Assembly (NCBI GenBank): GCA_964425605.1
Contig: CAYRNR010000033.1
Coordinates: forward strand, 31 to 64,030
Reading direction: 5' to 3'
DNA length: 64,000 bases
Origin: an uncultured Rickettsiales bacterium
GTDB taxonomy: Bacteria; Myxococcota_A; UBA796; UBA9615; CAYRNR01
The notes beneath the pieces were generated by a model that had not been told where the DNA came from, searched no databases, and saw nothing but the letters and a program-made list of their open reading frames with translations. Both the position numbers and the translations under genes were made by a program. Shown here piece by piece: positions 44,744-52,476 of the stretch. Position 1 is the stretch's first letter, and each line of letters opens with the position of its first letter.

Positions 44744-45321
44744 AGGTCGGCACCAAGAGCGTCCTTTTCGGGATCCACCACTGGTGGTGGCACTTCTACT
44801 TCTGCGTCCGCGCGTGGCGCTGGCTGTACGGCCGTTGGCCGCGCCTCAGCGAGGGCGTGGCCATCTTCCTGCACGACTTCGGTCTCATCGGCTGCGACAG
44901 CCTCACCAGCTCCGACGCGTCCAACCACCCGCTCCGTGTTCAGAGTCTGGTGCACGTGCTCGCTGGATATCGCGCGGGACACCTGGTCCTTCAGCACTCC
45001 AGGGGCTGCTGCAGCCAGTGGGGCATGAGCCCCTCGATGCTGTGCTGGGCAGGGCTCCTGGCCGAGGCTCTGTGGCTGGAGGAGTCGCCGCAGACGTTCC
45101 TGAACCGCGCCGGCCGGTCCGGCGAGCTTGAGGAGTTCCGCGAGATCTCGCATGCCACCCGCGTCTGGCCTCTCGCCAGCACCGACACGGACTGGGCGAA
45201 GGATCTGGCGGAGTTCCTCCGCTCGGAGGCCATCCTCGGGGCACGTAGCGCCCTGCTGAGCACGGAAGCCAGGCAGGCCCGCCTCAAGCTCGAGCTCGAG
45301 CTCGAGCGAGGTGCGGTGTGA
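44740..45321 (+). CDS. hypothetical protein
   Basis: 193 aa with a Trp-rich N-terminus. The start overlaps the preceding stop. Confidence 0.5.
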   Translation: MKVGTKSVLFGIHHWWWHFYFCVRAWRWLYGRWPRLSEGVAIFLHDFGLIGCDSLTSSDASNHPLRVQSLVHVLAGYRAGHLVLQHSRGCCSQWGMSPSMLCWAGLLAEALWLEESPQTFLNRAGRSGELEEFREISHATRVWPLASTDTDWAKDLAEFLRSEAILGARSALLSTEARQARLKLELELERGAV

Positions 45322-45542
45322 GACCACCCGCCGACGTCCTCGCCGAGGAGATCTCCGCGCTCCAGATCCACCTCGACCAGGTCGGGATCGAGCTGAAGGA
45401 GCTGCTCGTCCACGCCGCCGACGCCGGCCTGGTCGCCGACGAACTCGCCGGCCGCATGTGCGAGTCGGCCGCCCAACGCCTCAAATCCCTGCACGAAGTC
45501 GTCACGGCTCTGCACAACCTCAACTCCCAGGAGATCCCATGA
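45318..45542 (+). CDS. hypothetical helical protein
   Basis: 74 aa. The GTG start overlaps the preceding stop. Confidence 0.4.
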   Translation: MRPPADVLAEEISALQIHLDQVGIELKELLVHAADAGLVADELAGRMCESAAQRLKSLHEVVTALHNLNSQEIP

Positions 45543-45838
45543 CCGACCCGAAGATCCCGAAACCCGGCCTGCAGTCGTTCAAGCTCGACCGCGTGGGCAA
45601 CGGCTGGCTGCTCGAGGCCGAGTTCCTCGGCCCGGACAAGACCGAGTTCACCGGTGGGAACAGCCCCACTCTCGTGCACCTGCGCGAGATCTACGCCTAC
45701 TGGAACAACGTCTGCCACCGGCTGGCCATGCTCATCCAGCTCAAGGCCGGCGATGACCCTGGGGGAGCCACCGAAGAGAACGGCGACTCCTGGACCAGGC
45801 GGGCTCAGGAGGAAGGGGGTGATGCCGATGCCGGTTAA
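45539..45838 (+). CDS. hypothetical protein
   Basis: ATG preceded by AGGAGA. 99 aa. Confidence 0.5.
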   Translation: MTDPKIPKPGLQSFKLDRVGNGWLLEAEFLGPDKTEFTGGNSPTLVHLREIYAYWNNVCHRLAMLIQLKAGDDPGGATEENGDSWTRRAQEEGGDADAG

Positions 45839-46172
45839 CGACAAGCTCAGCCAAGGGGGCCGCAAGTTCACGATGGCCTACTCGGCGTTGTGGCTGCTCG
45901 GCGGCCTCACGCTGGTGCTGTTCCTTGCCCTGGTCATCAGCCACCAGTACTCGCTCGCCTCGACGCTGGGACAGACCTGCATCGGCGCGATCTCCGGCCT
46001 CCTCGGCATCTACTTCAGCTCTCAGGCCTACGTAGACAAGAAGGTCAAGCACACCCACAACCACTTCCCGACCGCGCTGACCGCCGTCACCGAACTCAGG
46101 GCCGCTGAGCCCGTCGTGAAGATCGACGATCTCGACCAGCCCATCGTCGAGCATCCGGAGCCGACGCGATGA
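45822..46172 (+). CDS. two-TM membrane protein (holin candidate)
   Basis: Helices ALWLLGGLTLVLFLALVI and CIGAISGLLGIYFSS, with a charged C-terminus. Confidence 0.5.
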   Translation: MPMPVNDKLSQGGRKFTMAYSALWLLGGLTLVLFLALVISHQYSLASTLGQTCIGAISGLLGIYFSSQAYVDKKVKHTHNHFPTALTAVTELRAAEPVVKIDDLDQPIVEHPEPTR

Positions 46173-46423
46173 AGCTGCTCGGTTGGCTGTGGGACTTCAT
46201 CACCTGGCCGGTTGCCGCGGTCCAGCACCGAGAACAGCAGCGGGTCGAGGAGTACGCCGAGCTGGCCCTGAACCAATGGTGGCGCTCCAAGCGGGGCAAG
46301 CCGCCCTCACCCGCCCACGTGATGGTCAGCGCCGCCGAGGTCGCCCGCGAGGAGTGCGAACGCGAGGGGCGCGAACTGCCCCTGGCCGCCGCCGCTGTCT
46401 TCGACGAGCTCGAGCACCGCTGA
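46169..46423 (+). CDS. hypothetical protein with hydrophobic N-terminus
   Basis: 84 aa. The start overlaps the preceding stop. Confidence 0.45.
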   Translation: MKLLGWLWDFITWPVAAVQHREQQRVEEYAELALNQWWRSKRGKPPSPAHVMVSAAEVAREECEREGRELPLAAAAVFDELEHR

Positions 46424-46449
46424 AATCCCGAACACGAAAGGACTGACCG

Positions 46450-46956
46450 ATGAGTATCAAGGACCATATCGACCGCATGACGCTCCCTCGGGGCGAGCTG
46501 CTCGAGACCGAGAATGCGTACTGGAAATCGAGCAACCGGCTCTCGAATCTTCGCGTCAAGTACCGCCAGCTGGACGCTGGAGGCCTAGCGGCCATCCGCC
46601 AGTACCTGACCAAGAGCGTCAAGCGCGCGGTGCGCAAGGCGGTCAAGGAACACCTATCCCCCGGGCCGTTCATGTGGTCGGTGGGCAGCGTCGTGAAGCT
46701 GGAACCAAGACGGCTCGGCCCGCGCCCTGGCGAGGGGCCCGGTGGCTTCGTGTGCTCGGACGCGGTGCATCACCTCGAGGTCGAGATCAAGGTAGTCCTC
46801 GTGTGTCCCCACAAGGACAGCGAGGACCGATCTGTCGTTCCGAACGAGCAGACCGTCCTCAAGCTCACGAAGCCATGCGCTGACTGGGATGAGCTTCGGC
46901 AATTCGCCGCGAAGGCCCGCGAGATGGCGGCGGCGTTCATCGCAGTCCAAGCGTAG
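46450..46956 (+). CDS. hypothetical protein
   Basis: 168-aa ORF in the operon. Confidence 0.5.
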   Translation: MSIKDHIDRMTLPRGELLETENAYWKSSNRLSNLRVKYRQLDAGGLAAIRQYLTKSVKRAVRKAVKEHLSPGPFMWSVGSVVKLEPRRLGPRPGEGPGGFVCSDAVHHLEVEIKVVLVCPHKDSEDRSVVPNEQTVLKLTKPCADWDELRQFAAKAREMAAAFIAVQA

Positions 46957-47030
46957 GCCCGCTGTGACCTTCTCCCCCCTGAGCCGTTCCATGAACACGC
47001 CCAACGACCCGCCCCGCGACGGATGGCGAC

Positions 47031-47786
47031 ATGGGGGGACTCGACGATGCGGCAGCCGCGATGCTGCCGTCCCCGGCGTACCGCGACGACCTGGTCGAGC
47101 TGTACAACACCGACTGCCTGCAGGTGCTCCCGCACCTCACGGCCGACACCTTCGACGTGATGGTCACCGACCCGCCCTACGGGATCGCTCTGGCCGGCTC
47201 CAAGAACGGCATGTTCAAGCGCTGGGGCCGGCCGGGGCAGATGCTCGAGGGCGACGAGGACACCGAGCTCGGCCAGGCGGTCATCAACCACGTCCGGGAT
47301 CGCCTCAATCGCCCGGTGGCGGCCTTCGCCAGCCCGAAGGCGCCCTGGGCAGGGCCGTGGCGTTCCCTGCTCGCCTGGGACAAGGGGCCGGCCGTGGGCT
47401 GTGGCGGCGACATGAGGCGCTGCTGGAAACAGACCTGGGAGCTAATCCAGGTCGGCGCCAACGGCCCCCTCAACGGCAAACGGCACAGCGGCGTCATCAC
47501 CTGCTGGACGACCTCGCACAACTACCGCTACCACCCCACCCAGAAGCCCCTGCGGCTCCTGGCCTACCTCATCGACAAGCTCACCCAGCCCGGCGACGTC
47601 ATCCTCGACCCCTTCGCCGGCTCCGGCACCACCCTCGTCGCCGCCAGGCTCCTCGGCCGCCGAGCCGACGGCCTCGAGGTCGACAAGACCTTCTGTGCGG
47701 CTGCCGCCGCGCGACTCTCCGGCCAGATCGCCGAGCCTCCCGAGAAGACGCCCGCGCCCTGGCCGGTTCCGCTGCCCGAACTCTGA
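47031..47786 (+). CDS. beta-class DNA methyltransferase (N6_N4_Mtase; DPPY, so probably N6-adenine), no partner nuclease
   Basis: Motif IV VMVTDPPYG precedes motif I VILDPFAGSGTT. HPTQKPLRL is also present. Confidence 0.8.
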   Translation: MGGLDDAAAAMLPSPAYRDDLVELYNTDCLQVLPHLTADTFDVMVTDPPYGIALAGSKNGMFKRWGRPGQMLEGDEDTELGQAVINHVRDRLNRPVAAFASPKAPWAGPWRSLLAWDKGPAVGCGGDMRRCWKQTWELIQVGANGPLNGKRHSGVITCWTTSHNYRYHPTQKPLRLLAYLIDKLTQPGDVILDPFAGSGTTLVAARLLGRRADGLEVDKTFCAAAAARLSGQIAEPPEKTPAPWPVPLPEL

Positions 47787-47809
47787 ACTCAAACCCCAAC
47801 GGAGGACCC

Positions 47810-48052
47810 GTGACCTTCGACTTCATCAGCGTGCGCGACGAGATCGAGCGTCTCATCGAGCGCCACCACCGCCTGTATCGCTACATCTACCCGCCCGAGT
47901 CATGTGACGGCTGCCCAAAGTTTGGACTTGGTGCTCCCGTCGTCGAGACCACGTGGGATGCCGAGATCAAGGACTGCAGGCGGAGGGCCGACGCTCTGTG
48001 GGAACAGCTCCAGGAGCACTGCAACCAACCACTGCAAGGAGACCCGCGATGA
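47810..48052 (+). CDS. hypothetical protein
   Basis: The GTG at 47810 follows GGAGGA. 80 aa. The rest of listed ORF 46889..48052 is judged spurious. Confidence 0.45.
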   Translation: MTFDFISVRDEIERLIERHHRLYRYIYPPESCDGCPKFGLGAPVVETTWDAEIKDCRRRADALWEQLQEHCNQPLQGDPR

Positions 48053-48561
48053 ATACCCGCTCAGACGTGTGTCCCGGCTGCCTCGAATGCGAAGGCGAAG
48101 ATCACCACTGGGCCCAGTACCTGGAGGAAGCCGACGAGAACCCAGATCACCCAGCCGCCCAGGCCGGCCTGGTGATCTGGGAGGTGTGCAAGCACTGCGA
48201 CGCCTGGCGCGATCCCGAGGATGGTGAGGACGCGGACGACGTTGACGACTACATCGACGACGGCGAAGAGGACGTTCAAGACCTTCGACCTGGTGTCTGG
48301 TGGCTCTGGAACGCAACGGTCGGCTTGCTGGATGGCCATCCGGCCATCGTCGAGGTCACAGCGAAGGGCGACCAGTACGAGATCGATGTGATGTTCACCG
48401 ACGAGGAGTTCAAGACGCTGCTGTCACGGCTGACCATCTACCGCGACAACTCCGAACTCGCGCGTTGTGCGGACGGCTACGGCCCCAGAGGGGTCGAAGC
48501 AATGCTCGCGGACACGATCGCGGAAGCGATGGGTTGGACTGGGGCTGGGGATAGGCCATGA
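48049..48561 (+). CDS. acidic protein with N-terminal CxxC...CxxC zinc-ribbon-like motif
   Basis: CPGCLECEGEDHHW...CKHCDAW, followed by an acidic stretch. Confidence 0.5.
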   Translation: MNTRSDVCPGCLECEGEDHHWAQYLEEADENPDHPAAQAGLVIWEVCKHCDAWRDPEDGEDADDVDDYIDDGEEDVQDLRPGVWWLWNATVGLLDGHPAIVEVTAKGDQYEIDVMFTDEEFKTLLSRLTIYRDNSELARCADGYGPRGVEAMLADTIAEAMGWTGAGDRP

Positions 48562-49121
48562 CCGTCATCGCGGCGGCTCTTGACTCCACGGGTGCCTACA
48601 TCGCCAGCGACTCGGTCGGCACCAGCGACAACGGCCTCGTCGTCGAGCACGGTGAGAAGCTGGTGGTGCTACCCAACAACACCGTCGCCGGCTTCTCTGG
48701 GGCCTACGTGTTCGAGCAGTGGATCCGGCGGGAGTTCGCCGAAGCCATCAGGGTGACCGAGGTTCAACCTGAGGGCGCCCGGTGGCGTGATTTCGTCGAG
48801 GACGGCGTTGAGGACTGGCGCCGCCACGCTCGGTCAGAGGGACACGGCACACCGGACGAAGAAGGCGTCCTCATCGTACCCGGCTTCGCTCTCATCGTCT
48901 CACCCGCCGAGATCCTGTACGTCCAATCGGACGGCTCCGTCCTTCCGGTTGCGCACGGCTACAACGCCATCGGCTCCGGCGCCAAGGTCGCCCTCGGCTC
49001 TCTTCACTCGACCACTAGGTGGAGGAGCGCCGAGAGGCGCGTCATGGCTGCTGTCTACGCCGCCTGCGAGCATGACAACGGGTGCGGCGGGCACGTCCAC
49101 GTAAGGAGGGCGCTGCGATGA
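48558..49121 (+). CDS. HslV/proteasome-beta-like Ntn hydrolase
   Basis: M-T-VIAAALD N-terminus (Thr2 as candidate nucleophile), Lys in GEKLVVL, AGFSGAY, NAIGSGAKVALGSL. It aligns by eye along the whole length with E. coli HslV. Confidence 0.65.
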   Translation: MTVIAAALDSTGAYIASDSVGTSDNGLVVEHGEKLVVLPNNTVAGFSGAYVFEQWIRREFAEAIRVTEVQPEGARWRDFVEDGVEDWRRHARSEGHGTPDEEGVLIVPGFALIVSPAEILYVQSDGSVLPVAHGYNAIGSGAKVALGSLHSTTRWRSAERRVMAAVYAACEHDNGCGGHVHVRRALR

Positions 49122-49369
49122 TCGACACCTCCATCGCCTACGAGATCTGCTACGTCCCCAACGAGCCTACCAAGTGGGGCTACCACCTACTCGGCCGCGT
49201 CGGCCGCCGGCTCGACCTGGTCTCGATCAACAACAGGCCGGCGAGGTTCAGCTCGTCCAAGCTGGCCGGCCTCGCGCTCAAGTCCATCGTCACCCAGGAC
49301 GACCAGGTGCTATCCGGCGTCGTGACCAGACGGTTCGCGGGGTGGTCGGGCAAGGAGGCTTCCGCATGA
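49118..49369 (+). CDS. hypothetical protein
   Basis: The ATG follows AAGGAGG. 83 aa. Confidence 0.5.
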   Translation: MIDTSIAYEICYVPNEPTKWGYHLLGRVGRRLDLVSINNRPARFSSSKLAGLALKSIVTQDDQVLSGVVTRRFAGWSGKEASA

Positions 49370-49845
49370 GAGTACTCACCTTGATTCGTCCGTGGGACCA
49401 GGCCCTCATTCACCTCAGCAAAGACGTCGAGAACCGCCGAATCGCGTTCCCCGAGAAGCTGCTCGGCGAGGACATCGCCATCCACGCTGGGCAGAAGTGG
49501 GACGTCGAAGGGGCTGTCCTCATCGAGCAGCTGACAGGGGTCGTCTACAAGCCCTCGGACTGCACGCCTGGCGTCATCACCGGGGTGGTTCGTCTGATTG
49601 GGCTCCTGAGGCAGAACCTGTGGGGGCAGGCCGACATCGTGCTTTCGACGGACGAGGAACTAGACCGAGTCGCCTACACCGGGACGACGTCTCCCTGGTT
49701 CGGAGGTCCGTATGGGTGGGTTCGCGGTAACCCCAGGCCACTGAAGCGACCAGTGCCGTGGCGCGGCCGTCAGGGGCTCCAGCGGCTCGACGCGGACACG
49801 CACCGCCAGGTGATCGAGGCCCTGGAGGTGACAGAAGATGCGTGA
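49366..49845 (+). CDS. ASCH (PUA-like) domain protein
   Basis: LTLIRPWDQALIHLSKDVENRR is the ASCH N-terminal motif. Confidence 0.6.
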   Translation: MRVLTLIRPWDQALIHLSKDVENRRIAFPEKLLGEDIAIHAGQKWDVEGAVLIEQLTGVVYKPSDCTPGVITGVVRLIGLLRQNLWGQADIVLSTDEELDRVAYTGTTSPWFGGPYGWVRGNPRPLKRPVPWRGRQGLQRLDADTHRQVIEALEVTEDA

Positions 49846-50068
49846 GTACATGGAGCTCCAACGAGAGTTGTTCCTCACAGAGGCGGAAGCCAAAGCTGTC
49901 GTCGAGATCGTCAAGTACGCCAACGAGGTGGAGTGGTATGGGTTGCGGGACCGGCTCTACCAGGAGGGGCATGATCCCAGGGTGGTGATGTCCGGCATTC
50001 AGAAACTCGCCGGCCGGGCCGGCCAGGACGACCCGCTCGAGGACACCTGCTACAACCGGACAAGCTGA
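49838..50068 (+). CDS. hypothetical protein (last gene before the right repeat)
   Basis: 76-aa ORF. Confidence 0.45.
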   Translation: MREYMELQRELFLTEAEAKAVVEIVKYANEVEWYGLRDRLYQEGHDPRVVMSGIQKLAGRAGQDDPLEDTCYNRTS

Positions 50069-50150
50069 CTCGCTGCGACTAGCACCCAACTCGCCGTTTC
50101 CTAGCCATCCCCCTGTACCCAAAGTACGCATCCCGCCCACCCTCAGAGCA

Positions 50151-50178
50151 GTTCAGATAATCCTCACTGTGTGAGGTT
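50151..50178. repeat. right copy of the 28-nt direct repeat
   Basis: gttcagataatcctcactgtgtgaggtt. Confidence 0.9.
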
Positions 50179-50242
50179 TTCTGCGTCTCGTGCATGTGAA
50201 GTCGATGCGTTTCACACCAAACCTCCCGGCGCGCTGAGGGAT

Positions 50243-51391
50243 TTATCTCGGATCACCCCCCCCAGTTACCTCGGGTCGACACACCGGCCCTCCACCAAAC
50301 CACCCGCTCCCCCACACCGCGCCCATCCCCACCAGCACCACCATCGCCAGTCCACCCACCCACATCCACCCCCGCGACCGCGTACTCGCCGGGGTCACGG
50401 GAGGCGCCGCGTCCGCTCGCGTCACCACCGTCTCCATCTTGCGCGTGGTCTCCGGCGGGGTCGCTGTCTCGAGGTCGTCCGATCCCAGCGACTGCTCGCG
50501 GATCGGAGCCAGCAGCCCGACGAGCTCGGCGAGGCGCGCCTGCCCCTGCTCCAGGTCCAGGGCCAGCGGCGCGAGAGCCTTACGCATCTCTTCCGCGTCG
50601 GTAAACCGTCCGCCGGCGTCCGGGGCGAGCGCGCGCTCCAGCACGGGCCAGAGGCCATCGGGGACCTCTCCGGGATCGAGCCGACCGAGCGCGCCGGTCC
50701 GTGCCGCCTCGAGGGTCTCGATCTCACCGCCGGCCTCGAGGGGCCGCCGACCGGTGAGGAGCTCCACGAGGACCAGCGCCGTGGCGTACAGATCGCACCG
50801 GGGACCGACGGCCTCCCCGCGGGCCTGCTCGGGGCTCATGTACGCGAGCTTGCCCTTGAGCCCGCCCCGGGACTCGTGCAGCGAGGTGCGCGCGACACCG
50901 AAGTCCGTGAGGCGGACGCGGCCGTCGTGGCCGATCATCACGTTTGAGGGGCTGACGTCCCGGTGGACGACGCCGAGAGCGTCGCCGTCTTCGCCGCGGG
51001 CCCGGTGGGCGTGATGTAGCGCGGCGAGGACCTCTCGAGCCACGTGGGCGGCTAGCCGGGGCGGGACATGGACACCCGCACTCGCGGCCGCTGCCAGCAG
51101 CTGGGCCAGATCGCAGCCATCCACGCGCTCCATGACCAGGAAGTAGTCGTCCTCGACGCGCCCGAGCTCCAGCACCTGCACGACGTTGGGGTGGTCGAGG
51201 CGCACGGTGAGCATGGCCTCGCGGACCAGCATCTGCACGAAGGGGGCTCGCCGGGTGAGGTGGGGGTGGATGCGCTTGATCACCACGGGTTTGCGGAAGC
51301 CGTGTTCACCCCGCGCGAAGCCGCCGTAGACCACGGCCATGCCACCGCGACCGATCTCCTCGGTGAGGCAGTAGCGACCGAGCGTCTCCAT
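50243..51391 (-). CDS. Hanks-type Ser/Thr protein kinase with C-terminal TM anchor
   Basis: GRGGMAVVY, VIKRI, HRDVSPSNVM, DFG and SPEQ motifs. The start at 51391 overlaps the upstream stop. The listed 833-aa ORF is a composite. Confidence 0.85.
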   Translation of the reverse strand: METLGRYCLTEEIGRGGMAVVYGGFARGEHGFRKPVVIKRIHPHLTRRAPFVQMLVREAMLTVRLDHPNVVQVLELGRVEDDYFLVMERVDGCDLAQLLAAAASAGVHVPPRLAAHVAREVLAALHHAHRARGEDGDALGVVHRDVSPSNVMIGHDGRVRLTDFGVARTSLHESRGGLKGKLAYMSPEQARGEAVGPRCDLYATALVLVELLTGRRPLEAGGEIETLEAARTGALGRLDPGEVPDGLWPVLERALAPDAGGRFTDAEEMRKALAPLALDLEQGQARLAELVGLLAPIREQSLGSDDLETATPPETTRKMETVVTRADAAPPVTPASTRSRGWMWVGGLAMVVLVGMGAVWGSGWFGGGPVCRPEVTGGGDPR

Positions 51392-52476
51392 CAGCCCTCG
51401 CCCGCGCTCCCGTCGGAGGCTCCGCTGGTGACGCTGCGGGCGTGGTCGACGATCTTGGAGAACGAGATCTGGTCGACCCACAGGAAGAACAGCCCGAAGG
51501 CGAAGATGATGGACGTCTGGGTGACGTGGCAGACCACCGCGTAGGCCGCGCCCGAGTCCTTGTCCACGTTCAGCAGCGCCAGGCCGCCGATGATGAACGC
51601 CTCGAACACACCGGCGAACAGCGGCGGCGCAGGCAGCATCACGCCCACCACCAGGACCACCAGCAGCACCAGCCCCCCCAGCAGGCCGATGTGGTCGAAG
51701 TGGAACGCCTTGCACAGGGACCACATGCACAGCACGTTGAGGAACCAGATGAAGACGCTGTGGGTGACCATGGACAGGGCGAAGCGCGCGTCCTTCATGG
51801 TGCGGACGCCGTCGAGGAAAGACTGCATCATCCCCGCGACCTTGTGCGCCAGCCCCTTGTGCACGATCCCCACCACGGAATCCGTCCAGCGCACCGCACG
51901 GTCCTGGAGCACCAGGAACGCGAGCAGGCACCCCACGAAGGGTATGGTCGTGAACCCGATGGCCTTCTGGCCGTCGGCCACGAAGTTCATCTCGATCCCA
52001 CCGATGACGATGGCCTCGGGCAGGTCGGCGAAGATCACCGCCACGTAGAACATCAGGGCCAGGAAGAGGATGTCGATGGTGCGCTCGACCACCACCGAGT
52101 ACATGGACGCGCCGAACGGGGCGTCTGCGCGCTCGTGCAGGAGATACGGCCGCGCGAACTCGCCGAGCCTGAACGGCAGCGCCTGGATGGCGAGGAAGCC
52201 CACCGAGTTGATGCTGAACACCTGGCGGAACGAGACGGGGTGGACCTTGTTCACGATGCGGCCCCACCGCCAGGCCCGGCTGGCGTGCAGAGCGAGGAAC
52301 GACACGAAGCAGACCAGCCACCACAACTTGTCGACATCGCGGATGGCGCCGAGGAAGCGGTCCATGTCCACGTCGTGGAAGATGAGCACGAGCAGCCCGA
52401 TCCCGAGGCCGAAGCTGAACACCAGCTTCACCCACCTGAACCAGCCGCCACCCTTCTTGCCCTCGGCCCCGGTCAC
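51391..52476 (-). CDS. LPG_synthase_TM / UPF0104 flippase-like integral membrane protein
   Basis: About 8 TM helices with WRW..I motif (RAWRWGRIV). The GTG at 52476 overlaps the upstream stop (GTGA). Confidence 0.65.
   Translation of the reverse strand: MTGAEGKKGGGWFRWVKLVFSFGLGIGLLVLIFHDVDMDRFLGAIRDVDKLWWLVCFVSFLALHASRAWRWGRIVNKVHPVSFRQVFSINSVGFLAIQALPFRLGEFARPYLLHERADAPFGASMYSVVVERTIDILFLALMFYVAVIFADLPEAIVIGGIEMNFVADGQKAIGFTTIPFVGCLLAFLVLQDRAVRWTDSVVGIVHKGLAHKVAGMMQSFLDGVRTMKDARFALSMVTHSVFIWFLNVLCMWSLCKAFHFDHIGLLGGLVLLVVLVVGVMLPAPPLFAGVFEAFIIGGLALLNVDKDSGAAYAVVCHVTQTSIIFAFGLFFLWVDQISFSKIVDHARSVTSGASDGSAGEG

Larger units (their letters stand above)
12071..50178. mobile_element. Mu-like transposable prophage (about 38 kb) with divergent early/late layout
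   Basis: A contiguous set of Mu-type head, tail and baseplate genes (gpT, gpI, DUF935 portal, MuF, gpG, gp36-gp38, sheath, tube, TMP, gp44-gp48). It also has a repressor, a Ner-like gene, an rve DDE transposase, an AAA+ partner, Gam and GemA. It is bracketed by 28-nt direct repeats and by AT-richer DNA. The exact ends are not proven. Confidence 0.8.

Noticed and set aside
50256-50263. C8 (G8 on the coding strand) homopolymer in the kinase gene as a phase-variation switch
   Set aside because: It lies within the last 8 codons, so a slip would only alter a few terminal residues. It is more relevant as part of the flank structure discussed in the findings.
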